Source of the DNA: a virus
Virus record (IMG/VR): IMGVR_UViG_3300010399_000004
Span: 1-64,000 of that record
Length of the DNA: 64,000 nucleotides
Strand: one strand, 5' to 3'
Part shown: positions 1 to 9,933 of the stretch, piece by piece
Layout of the letters: the number at the start of each line of letters is the position of its first letter
Numbering within the stretch: the stretch's first letter is position 1
Position numbers and translations under genes: made by a program
Notes under the pieces: model-generated
Seen by the model: only the letters and a program-made list of their open reading frames with translations
Told to the model about the DNA's origin: nothing
Databases searched by the model: none

Positions 1-203
1 ATCTGGCGGGGGACATAGGGCTTTATGGAAAGTTAAATAAGGCTACGAGGGAGCATGAAGGCGGGGGGGCTATAGATCAGCTAAAGAAACATGTCCCCGT
101 TTACGTTTGCAGTTATCCGGAAGAGGGAGAAGCAGACCCGGATAAATTGACCCGCGATGATTTGTATTGGATACTGCGGCATGGATCGCATCTTCAATTT
201 TGA
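1..203 (+). CDS. 3' end of probable DNA primase (TOPRIM C-terminus), truncated by window edge
   Basis: Manual translation gives ...LAGDIGLYGK...YVCSYPEEGEADPDKLTRDDLYWIL...QF* (TGA 201-203). The (D)xAG and DP motifs fit the end of a TOPRIM domain, and the gene precedes the replication module. Confidence 0.55.
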   Translation, partial: LAGDIGLYGKLNKATREHEGGGAIDQLKKHVPVYVCSYPEEGEADPDKLTRDDLYWILRHGSHLQF

Positions 204-340
204 TCTTTGATTTTGAAAAGTTTTCAAATGAAAAATAGAAAAATAAACATTTGCAAAATATCTATTTCTATTTTAATAGTTTCCTGCCCGTAAGGGGTAT
301 TACAAAACAACAATACAAAACCTAAAACAACAACGCTATT

Positions 341-1354
341 ATGAGCGCATCAAAACCAAGCCCCCGCGGGGCATCCAAACCCTCTCAGGCCCCATCCAGT
401 AACGGAGGGCCGAAAGGAGGAGCCCCTACAGGCTCATTCATGAAACGGGGCACCGCAGCTCTGGAAACTGCCCGACATACAGCAGAGCAATCTATGTCTG
501 GAGGCGGCCCCTGGCGCTTCTGGCTAAACGGGGATAAGACGAAATGGAAAAAGGATGCTGACGGCAATCCGAACAATGAAGCAGGAATCATCATTCTTGA
601 TCGCAGTCTGGATGATTTGGTGGGGTTCCCGGAACATAATCTCAAGATCGCGGGTAAGTTCGGGAACTTTGAATTGTGCCCAAAGGAATGGAGCCATTGC
701 CCCCTTTGCGATGCGGGGGACAAAGGATATTACGTTGTTATGTGTTCCATTTTGGTTCTGAAATCCTGGACCAGCAAAGACGGAAAGAAATCCGGCAATT
801 GCACCAAGATGCTCTTGCCTATCAAGTCTCAGCAAATGGGGAAGATGGAAGAGCTTTTCGCCGCCGCTATCAAAAAGTATGGCACGCTGCGGGGGGTGTT
901 CATGTATATGAAGCGGGACATGCATAACGCTAATTCTCCTGCCATTGGGGAGCCTTCTATCCTGGACAACGCCAGCATGTTTGATTTCTATACTGAGGAT
1001 GAATTGACTGAACAATACGGACACGCTGCGGAACTTTCGCCACAGGGCAAGGTTCTTAAAGCGCAGGACGAGGATATCAGCCCGTTTGTTTACGACGATA
1101 TTTTCAAGAAGCCGGACGCCAAGGATTTGCGTGCCCGTTACGGGGGGAAGATTCAGCCGGGCTCCGCTGCGGAAGCTGAGCAAGAATGGGGATCGGAGCA
1201 GGAAGGGGAGGATGAATTGCCGGGCGTTGCCGACGCCCCTGCGGCCCCCAGCCGTCCGGGCGGGGCAGTAGAGCAGAAGAGATCAGCCCCCCCGCGAAGG
1301 GGCGCAGCCGCCCCTTCCTCTGGTAATAAGGACCCGTTCGCCGCGGAGGAGTAA
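341..1354 (+). CDS. Putative single-stranded DNA-binding protein
   Basis: C..CPLC zinc-like motif, disordered N-terminus and acidic C-terminus ending DPFAAEE. Lies between primase and helicase. Confidence 0.55.
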   Translation: MSASKPSPRGASKPSQAPSSNGGPKGGAPTGSFMKRGTAALETARHTAEQSMSGGGPWRFWLNGDKTKWKKDADGNPNNEAGIIILDRSLDDLVGFPEHNLKIAGKFGNFELCPKEWSHCPLCDAGDKGYYVVMCSILVLKSWTSKDGKKSGNCTKMLLPIKSQQMGKMEELFAAAIKKYGTLRGVFMYMKRDMHNANSPAIGEPSILDNASMFDFYTEDELTEQYGHAAELSPQGKVLKAQDEDISPFVYDDIFKKPDAKDLRARYGGKIQPGSAAEAEQEWGSEQEGEDELPGVADAPAAPSRPGGAVEQKRSAPPRRGAAAPSSGNKDPFAAEE

Positions 1355-1367
1355 GAAACGATCAACG

Positions 1368-1398
1368 GCCCCGTTCCTGTTCGATCCGGGAACGGGGC
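1368..1398 (+). terminator. GC-rich hairpin after the SSB-like gene (terminator or mRNA stabiliser)
   Basis: Stem GCCCCGTTCC / GGAACGGGGC. No U-tract on the + strand. Confidence 0.4.
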
Positions 1399-1408
1399 AA
1401 CGAATAAA

Positions 1409-1621
1409 ATGATTAACAAAGATATAGAGAATGAATTGAAGCGCCTGATGGAATATCAGAGCGGTAGGCAGACTTGCGCAAATTGTGTTAATTTTGTCCC
1501 TACTGATTGTTCTGGTGATATGCATGCCAAACCTCAACATTGTAGGCTGAATCCAGTCTTTGATCTTCCTGTGGAGGAGCATGGTCGCTGCAAATTCTTT
1601 TCCTTAAAAAATAATAAATAA
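1409..1621 (+). CDS. Small Cys-rich protein (CxxC...C...C)
   Basis: TCANCVNF...HCRL...GRCKFF; packed between neighbouring genes. Confidence 0.6.
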   Translation: MINKDIENELKRLMEYQSGRQTCANCVNFVPTDCSGDMHAKPQHCRLNPVFDLPVEEHGRCKFFSLKNNK

Positions 1622-1623
1622 GG

Positions 1624-3099
1624 ATGAATGCAACGCTGTCAAATCTGCTCTGGCTTGAGGGGGTATCCGCCCCCGACAAGGCTATGCTGCGGAAACAAAT
1701 GACAGTGAATCCGCGGGGGTTTGAGGGGGAGTCTCCAGAACCCATTTGTTTGGTTCAGGAAGATTGCGGCAGAATCGGATTGCCTTTAATGGCAGGTTTG
1801 AAATTTTTTCAAACGCGGGGAGGGTATGCAACCCTTGCAGCAGCTTTCAAAGATGTGGATAATCGCTCAAGTGAAGGTCACGACATAAGTCGTTTTATTC
1901 GCCGCCGGCCCGCACCGAGGGATCAACGGCAGACTACGTTTTTTGAAGAGCTACCTAGAGAAGTGGGACGTAGAATAGCTGTATTTGCAGAAGCGCCGAC
2001 GGGCAGCGGCAAGTCGATTGCCGCGCTAAATGCTATTGCTTTGCTGGGATGTTCTGCGTTAGTAGTCGTTCCTCGCAAACGAATTGCAGCACAGTGGAGA
2101 AAGATGGCTATTGATTTTCTGGGTCTGCCTCCTTCCAGGATAGGAATGATAGAAGAGGGGAAGTTTGATTTCCGTCATAAGGCTATTACAGTAGCAGTTA
2201 TACATAATCTTGTAGGACGGGAAATTCCGGAAGGGTTTGCGGAGGCTTTCGGAACGGTGGTATTCGATGAAGTGCAGAATCTAGGTGCCAGATCATTTTC
2301 AGAATCTATGGGACGGGTTTATGCTCGTTATAGATTCGGCCTTACGGCTACCCCTGAGCGGGGGGATGGATGCGAATCCCTTTACTTTGATTATTTTGGC
2401 CGCCCCTCTGTAATATATCCCGGAGAAGCTTTGGCAGCTACTTGTCGGGTGTTTGACTTCTTTTGGTCATTTCAAAAGAAAGTTGGAAAGCGTGGCCGGG
2501 TTACGAATGATATTAATCGTAAACCGCGGGCTATTCTCAAGAAGATTCTTATTTCGTCTGGACGCAGGAATAAGATGATTGCAGGGATGATCAAAAAGTT
2601 ATATGATGCGGGGAGGCATATTCTTGTAATAGGGGATGAGATATTACACCTTCAAGTTTTGATGGGTATGGTATCCGAGGAAGGAGTTCCCGCCGACGAT
2701 TGCGGACTTTATACTGGTTCCTATGTGGATGTCGAGGGGAAGCAGAAGAAAATGAACGATGAGCAACTTGATTGGGTGCGGGACCACAGCCGCGTAATCT
2801 TTGCTAGTTACGGTATGGCTAGTGAAGCGTTGGATATTCCCCGATTGGATTCGGGGATTGATGTGACTCCGCATTCCAAAGGAATTCAAATGATAGGAAG
2901 AATTCGTAGAAATATGCCGAATAAGCCCACCCCGCTTTGGTTGACCATACGGGACAGGGGTATAAGAATTTTTGAGCAAGCATGTGCATCGCGGTTGCGG
3001 GAGTTCCGGGAAAACAATGTAACCGTTATTGAACATGGGCAGAAAACCAAAACACAAAACCAAAGTGGAAGCGCAACAGCAGAAGAGAAAGTGGCGTGA
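1624..3099 (+). CDS. Superfamily 2 DNA helicase
   Basis: Walker A APTGSGKS, motif II FDEVQ, motif III GLTATP, motif VI QMIGRIRR. Confidence 0.92.
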   Translation: MNATLSNLLWLEGVSAPDKAMLRKQMTVNPRGFEGESPEPICLVQEDCGRIGLPLMAGLKFFQTRGGYATLAAAFKDVDNRSSEGHDISRFIRRRPAPRDQRQTTFFEELPREVGRRIAVFAEAPTGSGKSIAALNAIALLGCSALVVVPRKRIAAQWRKMAIDFLGLPPSRIGMIEEGKFDFRHKAITVAVIHNLVGREIPEGFAEAFGTVVFDEVQNLGARSFSESMGRVYARYRFGLTATPERGDGCESLYFDYFGRPSVIYPGEALAATCRVFDFFWSFQKKVGKRGRVTNDINRKPRAILKKILISSGRRNKMIAGMIKKLYDAGRHILVIGDEILHLQVLMGMVSEEGVPADDCGLYTGSYVDVEGKQKKMNDEQLDWVRDHSRVIFASYGMASEALDIPRLDSGIDVTPHSKGIQMIGRIRRNMPNKPTPLWLTIRDRGIRIFEQACASRLREFRENNVTVIEHGQKTKTQNQSGSATAEEKVA

Positions 3100-3553
3100 T
3101 TCCTCTAATACAAAGAGGAAGGCGCAATACCGGGAAGATTCCTCTTACCGGGAGAAGGTGCGTGAGCAGTCCCGCGAAACAGGCCGAAAGGCTCATGGCG
3201 GATTGCAGGCGGATAGGGCGCATATTATAAGGGATTCGTTATCCTCTTTGCCAACGCATTCTGTTATGCGGAAGTTGATTAATTCTGATTTGGAGATTCC
3301 AACTTTCACCACTGCGGAGCTTACCCCGCTGATGGGGATTTCCAATGTTGTTATCGTTCATGGGTGGCAAAGAACGGGGAGGTTTCCCCGCCCGCGACTG
3401 GAAGCAATTGTGGGCCGGACTCATGCCCATGTTTATACTTTGCAGGAAGCGGAGAAGTTACTGTCGGTAATGGCCATGCACTTTTCTTCCAAGAACTATC
3501 TTAACCAATCCGACGAGGAAACCGTTGCTTTGTTGAATAAAGCTATGCTTTGA
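3035..3553 (+). CDS. Basic DNA-binding protein with MerR/excisionase-like HTH
   Basis: FTTAELTPLMGIS...GWQRTGRFPRP followed by a wing-like HVYT. Its stop codon lies inside a palindrome copy. Confidence 0.55.
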   Translation: MGRKPKHKTKVEAQQQKRKWRDSSNTKRKAQYREDSSYREKVREQSRETGRKAHGGLQADRAHIIRDSLSSLPTHSVMRKLINSDLEIPTFTTAELTPLMGISNVVIVHGWQRTGRFPRPRLEAIVGRTHAHVYTLQEAEKLLSVMAMHFSSKNYLNQSDEETVALLNKAML

Positions 3554-3596
3554 AAAGTTTTCAAATCTTGATCAACCTACACACACATACAATAAT

Positions 3597-3989
3597 ATGC
3601 TATCCAAACCCCCGCCAAGACGTTCCATCCCTTCTGCTTCTGATAGTAACCCTGACAAACAAATGGTGCAAGGGAAGCTGGGGCAGCGCACAGAGATTGA
3701 AAGCTTTGAGCGCAAGGATAACAGAACCGGGGAGGTTATTGAAAGCAGAGAGAAAACGGAGCATACCCCGGAAGGACGATTCTGGGAACCCCCAGCACAT
3801 ATTACGTGCGGCCTTTCCGTGACCAAGAATCTTGGCAATTACGAATCAGCTAAGATGACTTGTCAGATTACACGGCCCTGCGTGGATCGTGTTGAAGAAC
3901 ATGATCGGGTCTGGGAGGAAGAAAAAGATTGGGTATCCTCCAAGATAGATGCAGAGGTAAGCGCATTGATGGATTCTCCAAAAGAATAA
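3597..3989 (+). CDS. Hypothetical phage protein
   Basis: ORF between HTH gene and RecA; contains GLSVTKNLGNYES. Confidence 0.65.
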   Translation: MLSKPPPRRSIPSASDSNPDKQMVQGKLGQRTEIESFERKDNRTGEVIESREKTEHTPEGRFWEPPAHITCGLSVTKNLGNYESAKMTCQITRPCVDRVEEHDRVWEEEKDWVSSKIDAEVSALMDSPKE

Positions 3990-4001
3990 CCAGCTAATAA
4001 T

Positions 4002-5249
4002 ATGCCCGCACGCAGACGCAATGCGCCCCCTTCCGATGATACGGAGATTGGAAAGCTGGTAGCTGATGTTCATAACAAGATGGGGGAAGGAACAATGTTG
4101 CTGGGATCGCAAATGCCCTCCTTTACTCATATACCTTTTCATTGTTTCATTCTTGATTTTGCAACACTGGGTGGATATCCAGAGCACTGCGGGCATATGC
4201 TCTATGGAAATGAAAATTGCGGAAAAACGACTTTGACCCTCAAAGCGATTGCTTCGGGGCAACAGAAATATCCAAACGATTGGGCAGTATTAGTTGACGT
4301 GGAAAAGAAGTTTGATCCTGTATGGGCAAGACGGCACGGGGTGAATCTGGACAAGATACGGATTGTTCGGCCGGGGACAGGGGAAAAGGCCGTCGATATA
4401 ATAGAAGCATCCTGTCGGGCCAAGGAAGTATTTATGGTGGCTTTAGATTCAATCCCCGGCCTTCTCCCATTTAATATTCTGGACAAATCCGCTGAGGATA
4501 AGACGATGGCAGAGCGGGCAAGGCTGGTAGGATTGCTTTGTTCCAAACTACAACAGGCCTGGATAGATGAGCAGCAGAGGGATCATCGGTTTACGTTCCT
4601 ATGTATCAATCAATACAGGGAAGCGATAGGAAAATTTTCCCCGCACGGGGGAACCCCCACGTCATTGCCAGGGGGTAGATTCCAGAATTACATGGTTGAT
4701 ACCAAACTGGAAATAAGGAAGCAGGAAATAATGGAAGATCGGGGAGGCTTTCAAACTCATATCCGCAACGAGCACAGTTTCAAATTCACCAAGAGCAAAT
4801 GTGGATTTTCTATCAAATCAGGAGATTTCGTTATGGTTATGGACGATGCGGGCAGAGAAGACGGTCTAAAGACGGGGGACTACGATGATTACAAAACTCT
4901 GGTAACGTATGCCAAGAAACTTGGTATTGTTACGGGGGGAGGAACCAAGTGGACATTGCTCTATCCGCATGGACCGACCAATAAGTCCCATCCCGTATTT
5001 TCAAACCTGGATGCAATGATGCGGGGCATTCGGGATAATCAGGAGTATGATCTAGCTACACGCCAGCTTTGCATCATGATCAAAAGGAGGCAAACCAAGC
5101 TCCCCGCACTTCCCCCGGATAGATTTCTGCTTCAACCGGTAACCCTTGAGGCAGGAGAAAGACTGGAAGCTTTAGCAGATTCTTTATACGCTTCTATATC
5201 CAACGAAGAAGCGGAATCAGAGGAAGAAACAGAAACCTCAGATGAGTAA
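4002..5249 (+). CDS. recA: RecA/UvsX-family recombinase
   Basis: YGNENCGKTT (Walker A), VDVEKKFDP, ALDSIPGL (Walker B), INQYR, PGG. Confidence 0.92.
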   Translation: MPARRRNAPPSDDTEIGKLVADVHNKMGEGTMLLGSQMPSFTHIPFHCFILDFATLGGYPEHCGHMLYGNENCGKTTLTLKAIASGQQKYPNDWAVLVDVEKKFDPVWARRHGVNLDKIRIVRPGTGEKAVDIIEASCRAKEVFMVALDSIPGLLPFNILDKSAEDKTMAERARLVGLLCSKLQQAWIDEQQRDHRFTFLCINQYREAIGKFSPHGGTPTSLPGGRFQNYMVDTKLEIRKQEIMEDRGGFQTHIRNEHSFKFTKSKCGFSIKSGDFVMVMDDAGREDGLKTGDYDDYKTLVTYAKKLGIVTGGGTKWTLLYPHGPTNKSHPVFSNLDAMMRGIRDNQEYDLATRQLCIMIKRRQTKLPALPPDRFLLQPVTLEAGERLEALADSLYASISNEEAESEEETETSDE

Positions 5250-5727
5250 GCGAATTACAGCTTATTGGATAACTGCTCTTACTCTGTTTCCTTTGGGGAA
5301 GGTAGAGCCTGGAAATTGTCCTGTAGTCGGATGCAATAATAAAAGCGCAGGCCCCCGCCTTTCTCGGTTTTGTTTTAAGCATCGTCAGCAGATAGCGACA
5401 CACAGGGACCCCGCCCTTCATCAATATCATCGGCTAAAGACAAGTGCCAAGGAAAGGAGAATTCGGTTTATATTGACTATAGCTCAGTGGAGATTATTTT
5501 GTGAATCTACCGGATATCTCAAAGATCGTGATAAGCCAAGGGCTGATGTTTTGTCTGTCGATAGGATAGATTCTCGGGGGCCATATTCATTCAACAATAT
5601 TCGTGCATTGACGGTTTCTGAAAACTCCAAAAAGAAGGAGGAGCAACGGCGTAATAAAGTCTCAGTAAGTCGTGGAAGGAAGATCAACATGGAAGAATAT
5701 ATTCCGGAAAAGAGGGAGGAATTTTGA
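5242..5727 (+). CDS. HNH-like endonuclease
   Basis: LSVDRIDSRGPYSFNNIRALTVSENSKK matches the DRID...Y...N...N variant of the His-Me finger. Confidence 0.6.
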   Translation: MSKRITAYWITALTLFPLGKVEPGNCPVVGCNNKSAGPRLSRFCFKHRQQIATHRDPALHQYHRLKTSAKERRIRFILTIAQWRLFCESTGYLKDRDKPRADVLSVDRIDSRGPYSFNNIRALTVSENSKKKEEQRRNKVSVSRGRKINMEEYIPEKREEF

Positions 5728-5728
5728 T

Positions 5729-6112
5729 ATGAATTTGAGGACCCCAAAGCGTTTGAAAAGTTTTCAAACCGTTTCTCATTGGCGCAGCCCTCGGCAGGAA
5801 AAAGAACTTGCCGAGAGGCTGGGAGGTAAGCGCACACCGGGAAGCGGCAATAAAGATATGAAGGGGGATGTGAGGGTAAAGGGGATTACTCGGATTGAAA
5901 CTAAAACCACTACCAAGAAATCATACAGCCTTACGTTATTGGATGTTTGCAAAATAGAAACGGCCGGGTTATCCGCGGGGGAAGTTCCTGCGATGGTTAT
6001 CGAATTTCTGAACGATAAAGGAAAGCCCCTCCATTCGCTGTGCGTTATTCCTTCCTGGGCTATTGATCTTCTGTTGAAAAATGAAACCGGAACTGAATCT
6101 AAAGACACCTGA
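5729..6112 (+). CDS. PD-(D/E)XK endonuclease, Hjc-like resolvase
   Basis: QEKELAERLGGKRTPGSG...KGDV...IETKTT. Confidence 0.7.
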   Translation: MNLRTPKRLKSFQTVSHWRSPRQEKELAERLGGKRTPGSGNKDMKGDVRVKGITRIETKTTTKKSYSLTLLDVCKIETAGLSAGEVPAMVIEFLNDKGKPLHSLCVIPSWAIDLLLKNETGTESKDT

Positions 6113-6299
6113 TCATCCCGAGGCAAATGGAAGACTTCCATTGGCGGGGGAAAGGGAGTATATAATGCGCTTTCCTTTGGAGGATGGTAGGGAGCTTGTT
6201 TTGCGAACAGGCCAGTTTGGGTTCGATAACCATACTCAAGTCCTTATTGATATGTTGACAGAAGCGCCTTCCTATACAGACGGTAGCACAAACGAATGA
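6081..6299 (+). CDS. Hypothetical protein
   Basis: ORF with ATGA overlap to the next gene. Confidence 0.5.
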   Translation: MKPELNLKTPDHPEANGRLPLAGEREYIMRFPLEDGRELVLRTGQFGFDNHTQVLIDMLTEAPSYTDGSTNE

Positions 6300-7249
6300 T
6301 CCTCCGCTCCATAGTAGATAGGATGAAGGCAGCCCCCTTCCGGGTGGTTCCTGAAACTGTTCCAAAACGTCCAGCAAGGAGAGCGAATAGAACACAGCCT
6401 ATAACGCGCGAGGATGCTCCTGAATTGCCCGAACAGGGAAAGCTGGCCGGAATCCTTGGCGCTCAGGATACGCTGGCAGACGTAGCGAGAAACGAGTCTG
6501 AATACGTTCACGTTTCCACCTTGATACGAGCTTGCCCCCGGCAGGTTATTTTATCCAATCGGCATGGGGGACAGGAAGTAAAGCGGGTTGAGGCGGGGGA
6601 TAGACTGATATGGGCTTTGGGCCGGGCCGCAGAAAGTCATGCACGCAGAGTATTGGCAGCCGCCCTTCCTGCTCACGCATATGGCATATGGACTTGTCGT
6701 TGTGGACAGCGCAGTTTTGAGGGGACATTCAAAGCAGCTTTGGAAGTTGGGGGGAATTGCTCTCATTGCGATACTCCGTTGGATCAATATCGGGAAGTTC
6801 TTTTGATTGATGAACAGCGTAAGGTTTTGGCTTCTCCGGATTTTTTGTTGGTATATGGGACTAAATTCATCCCCGTTGAATTCAAGAGCATCAACAAAGA
6901 GGGATTTGACGAGCAGAAGGAAAAGCCGGACGCGCAAGCGGACCATGAATTGCAGGTGCTATATTACCGCAGGATTTTACAGCGGGGAGGCAAGGATGTT
7001 CCTTACGCAATAATCGTTTACGTCCGGAAAGATTTCAAATGGGGCAGCAATCCCTACTTGGAGTTTCGGCCTACTGAAAATGGCAGGACAACGCCGTCAT
7101 TGGATAATATGGATATCAGAGCGGAAGCAATCCGTGATGCGCGGGGGGCCGGCCCTATCCCTGAAAAGCTGGGGGTTTGTTCCTCGCCAATAACGCCAAG
7201 AGCAAAAGCTTGTGGAATGTGTGCAATGTGTTTTTCCACAAACCAATGA
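6296..7249 (+). CDS. Cas4-like PD-(D/E)XK exonuclease
   Basis: HVSTLIRACPRQ, SPDFLL...VEFKS, QVLYY and C-terminal C...CGMC...C (Fe-S-type cysteine layout). Confidence 0.75.
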   Translation: MILRSIVDRMKAAPFRVVPETVPKRPARRANRTQPITREDAPELPEQGKLAGILGAQDTLADVARNESEYVHVSTLIRACPRQVILSNRHGGQEVKRVEAGDRLIWALGRAAESHARRVLAAALPAHAYGIWTCRCGQRSFEGTFKAALEVGGNCSHCDTPLDQYREVLLIDEQRKVLASPDFLLVYGTKFIPVEFKSINKEGFDEQKEKPDAQADHELQVLYYRRILQRGGKDVPYAIIVYVRKDFKWGSNPYLEFRPTENGRTTPSLDNMDIRAEAIRDARGAGPIPEKLGVCSSPITPRAKACGMCAMCFSTNQ

Positions 7250-7683
7250 GACCCTGGGAATATAATATCGAAGGGGAGGGGGAGGACCCTCTCCGTCGTG
7301 CATTGAATTTTGCAGCCTCTGCTGATTGGCATGGATTGCCAAAATTTATTGTCTCGAATTATTACGTTATATACATCAAGCGAGACAAGTGGGGCTATTA
7401 CTCGCGGGCAGAGGAAGGTGGCCACGAAACGCTATTCATGGGATCTGAACTGACCAATTCAGAAAAGCCCGGCACCGGCGTAAAGCTTGCGTTCCCTCAC
7501 GACATTGATGCCACCTTTGATTTCATCAGGCGCTGGCTGAAACACGCGAACCGTGGCCAGAAGCATGACACGGACGGCGATAACCAGCCAGGATGGAGAT
7601 TGTTTACCCCTCCCGGAATCGAAGGATCGTGCTGCTATCCGTCGCTCGCTATACAGGCCATTTGGATCATTTACGGAAAATAG
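7246..7683 (+). CDS. Hypothetical protein
   Basis: ORF coupled by ATGA overlap; contains HDTDGDNQPGWRLF. Confidence 0.6.
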   Translation: MRPWEYNIEGEGEDPLRRALNFAASADWHGLPKFIVSNYYVIYIKRDKWGYYSRAEEGGHETLFMGSELTNSEKPGTGVKLAFPHDIDATFDFIRRWLKHANRGQKHDTDGDNQPGWRLFTPPGIEGSCCYPSLAIQAIWIIYGK

Positions 7684-7685
7684 CA

Positions 7686-8249
7686 ATGAGACCCCCACGA
7701 CGCCAGCCCCCTTCCCTGCCCTGCATGATAGGGATTGATCCTTCTCTGAATGGCACGGGGGTTTGTATCCGCCAATCCGGGGGAACGTATCATTTTTTTC
7801 ATTTACAGCCATCGAAAGGTAAAATCGGAATCCCCCGCCTTCTTTGGCTGCGGGAGCAATTGAATGGGGTTCTGATGCTTGACAAGATTGCTGAGGGTTT
7901 GACCTTGGCTATAGTAGAGGGATACTCAATGGGCTCAGCTTCCCGCCGGGAAGCGATGGGGGAGTGGGGAGGAGTTTTGCGTTGCTGTTTGGCGGACGCA
8001 GGGATTCCGGAATTGATCACGGTTCCCCCTCAGACCTTGAAGAAATTCGTTATCGGTCATGCCAAACCGGGCGATTCGGGGAAGGACGTGATGCTTTTGA
8101 AAACTTTTCAAAGGTGGGGGCAGAGCTTCAATGATTCGGATCAGTGCGACGCCTTCTGCTTGGTCAAGGCTGGGGAAGCGATTATTTCCGGGGTCGGGGA
8201 CCCCGCCGGGGGACTAAAAAAGGCTTCCCGCGAAAAAATTTCGGCCTGA
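7686..8249 (+). CDS. ruvC: RuvC-like Holliday junction resolvase
   Basis: IGIDPSLNGTG, IVEGY, VPPQTLKKFVIG, SDQCDA. Confidence 0.85.
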   Translation: MRPPRRQPPSLPCMIGIDPSLNGTGVCIRQSGGTYHFFHLQPSKGKIGIPRLLWLREQLNGVLMLDKIAEGLTLAIVEGYSMGSASRREAMGEWGGVLRCCLADAGIPELITVPPQTLKKFVIGHAKPGDSGKDVMLLKTFQRWGQSFNDSDQCDAFCLVKAGEAIISGVGDPAGGLKKASREKISA

Positions 8250-8413
8250 AACCGATTGAAATTCAACGGGTTTCGGGGGAATGGAGATGAAATCTCGTTT
8301 TTTTCTTTGCAAAATTTCGATTCTGCCTTAAATTCAATTCGTCTCCGGAAAACGGAAATCGAAAAACCCGGAGCAATTCTGCTAACCCAAACAAACAAAA
8401 TACACACTGCAAC

Positions 8414-9526
8414 ATGAAAACGAAAACTGCTACCTCCGCCGCCGCTACTTACTCCGTTGGAGACAAAGTGATCTTCGGCAAATATGGGAAAGAAACCAAA
8501 AAGGCCGACCAGGTCTTTACCGCCGGCGAAACGCTGGAGGTTATTGAGATTCCTGATGACGCCACTGAAATTTTGCTGGGCCGCCCTGGCGCAGACCCGG
8601 AAGTGCAGGGGTGGGCTTTCCCCGCGGAAATCTCCGGCCTGGCCGATACATCGGAAACTCCGGCTAAGGCCGGAGCTAAGAAGATCGTCGCCAAGGGCAA
8701 GGGCGGGGCGGTCTCTGAATCCACTACCGCCGACGGAATCACGGTGGTTGCGGAAGATGGCCCCGTCACCGGAAAGGCAGTCAGCAAGAAAGCTGAGAAG
8801 GCCGAAGCAAAGGCCGCAGAGCCCGTGCTCAAGCACGCACCTTCCGTCGCCAAGCTCATTGCTGATGGAGTCAAGGGAACCCTTAAAGCGGCCCTGGAAT
8901 TGGTGGAATCCATTTCCACCCGCTTCTATCAACTCGGGGGCGTGCTCTATGAGATCAAAAGGAATAACTATCATGAAACCGTCCGCGGTGAAGATGGTGA
9001 ATTGCTCAAGGGCCAACCCGGCTTCGCGGCCTACATCGCATCCATCCTTAACGTGGAGTATCGGATGGCGCAGCATTACATCAACGTGTATGCCGTCACC
9101 CGTGCAGCAGGTATCCCCGAAAGCAAAATCGCGGGGCTCAAATTCACAAAGGTTCTGCACCTGATTCCACTCATCGAAGGGAAGGTTATCGACACCGAAA
9201 ACTGGGATGAGTGGGCCACCAAAGTCAAGAACCTAAAAGGCGATGCCTTCAAGGACGAGGTTTCTACGGCGATGAAAAACGCCAACATCGAACGCGGGGC
9301 ATCACGCGGAGCCACTGCCAATCAAGCCCGGTTCATGTTCGTCCTTTTCGATGATCGGGCCAAGGTCGTTCGGAAGGCGCTTGAAATGGCTATCAAGGAG
9401 CTTCCCCCGCTGGAAGATGGCGCGGAGCATTCCAACAGCGAGGCTTTCGATCACATCGTTTCTGAATGGCTCGCTTACAAAAAGAACGAAAAGTCTGCGG
9501 CCAAGTCCCAGAGCAAAGCGGCCTGA
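8414..9526 (+). CDS. Putative DNA-binding protein: SH3-like N-terminus, Ala/Lys linker, DUF3102-like helical/HTH domain
   Basis: FYQLGGVLYEIK...GFAAYIASILNVEYRMAQHYINVY resembles a DUF3102-type HTH. Has its own promoter (TTGCAA 8307, 16 nt, TAAATT) and terminator. Confidence 0.55.
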   Translation: MKTKTATSAAATYSVGDKVIFGKYGKETKKADQVFTAGETLEVIEIPDDATEILLGRPGADPEVQGWAFPAEISGLADTSETPAKAGAKKIVAKGKGGAVSESTTADGITVVAEDGPVTGKAVSKKAEKAEAKAAEPVLKHAPSVAKLIADGVKGTLKAALELVESISTRFYQLGGVLYEIKRNNYHETVRGEDGELLKGQPGFAAYIASILNVEYRMAQHYINVYAVTRAAGIPESKIAGLKFTKVLHLIPLIEGKVIDTENWDEWATKVKNLKGDAFKDEVSTAMKNANIERGASRGATANQARFMFVLFDDRAKVVRKALEMAIKELPPLEDGAEHSNSEAFDHIVSEWLAYKKNEKSAAKSQSKAA

Positions 9527-9571
9527 TCCCAAAGAATGCCCGGACCCCCGCAATTAGCGGCTCCAAACCAA

Positions 9572-9616
9572 AAGCGGCCCCGCCCTTCCCAAAAGGGGGC
9601 GGGGCTTGCTGTTTTC
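9572..9616 (+). terminator. Rho-independent terminator
   Basis: GCCCCGCCCTT-CCCAAA-AGGGGGCGGGGC followed by TTGCTGTTTT. Confidence 0.75.
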
Positions 9617-9631
9617 AAGATCAGAAAAAAG

Positions 9632-9700
9632 TTTGAAAAGATTTCAAATTTCACTTTACAAAACATCCCTTTCGAGTATTCTTGATCCGTAATACAAATC
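9632..9700 (+). promoter_or_regulatory. Repeated promoter cassette, copy 1
   Basis: Palindrome variant, then TTTACA (9655), 16 nt, TATTCT (9677), then GTAATACAAATC. Confidence 0.8.
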
Positions 9701-9717
9701 CAAATCAAGAAAATCAA

Positions 9718-9933
9718 ATGAAAGCAAACCAGCTAGGTAAAGATCAATCCACCGTTAAGCACATTAATCGCGCTTATCTCGAAATGGAAGCGATGAAAGT
9801 TGGGTTTACTAAAGTTATCAACGGAATGGTTACGACGAAATGGAGTGAAGGAAAATTCGAGGTTGGGACATTCGGAAAGGCGACCGTGACCATCGACGAA
9901 GCCGCAGACAAGCTGATGATGGAAGCAGTTTGA
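9718..9933 (+). CDS. Hypothetical early protein
   Basis: ORF downstream of cassette 1. Confidence 0.65.
   Translation: MKANQLGKDQSTVKHINRAYLEMEAMKVGFTKVINGMVTTKWSEGKFEVGTFGKATVTIDEAADKLMMEAV

Noticed and set aside
5242-5727. HNH-like gene as an intron-encoded endonuclease
   Set aside because: The flanking RecA and Hjc-like genes are complete and abut it, leaving no room for intron structure.
6296-7249. Cas4-like gene as part of a CRISPR-Cas system
   Set aside because: No array and no other cas genes. Its context is the RecA/RuvC recombination module.
8141-9160. Long reverse-strand ORFs (also 47553-48705, 54907-55869, 45013-45615)
   Set aside because: They shadow well-supported + strand genes, and their translations show no recognisable motifs.
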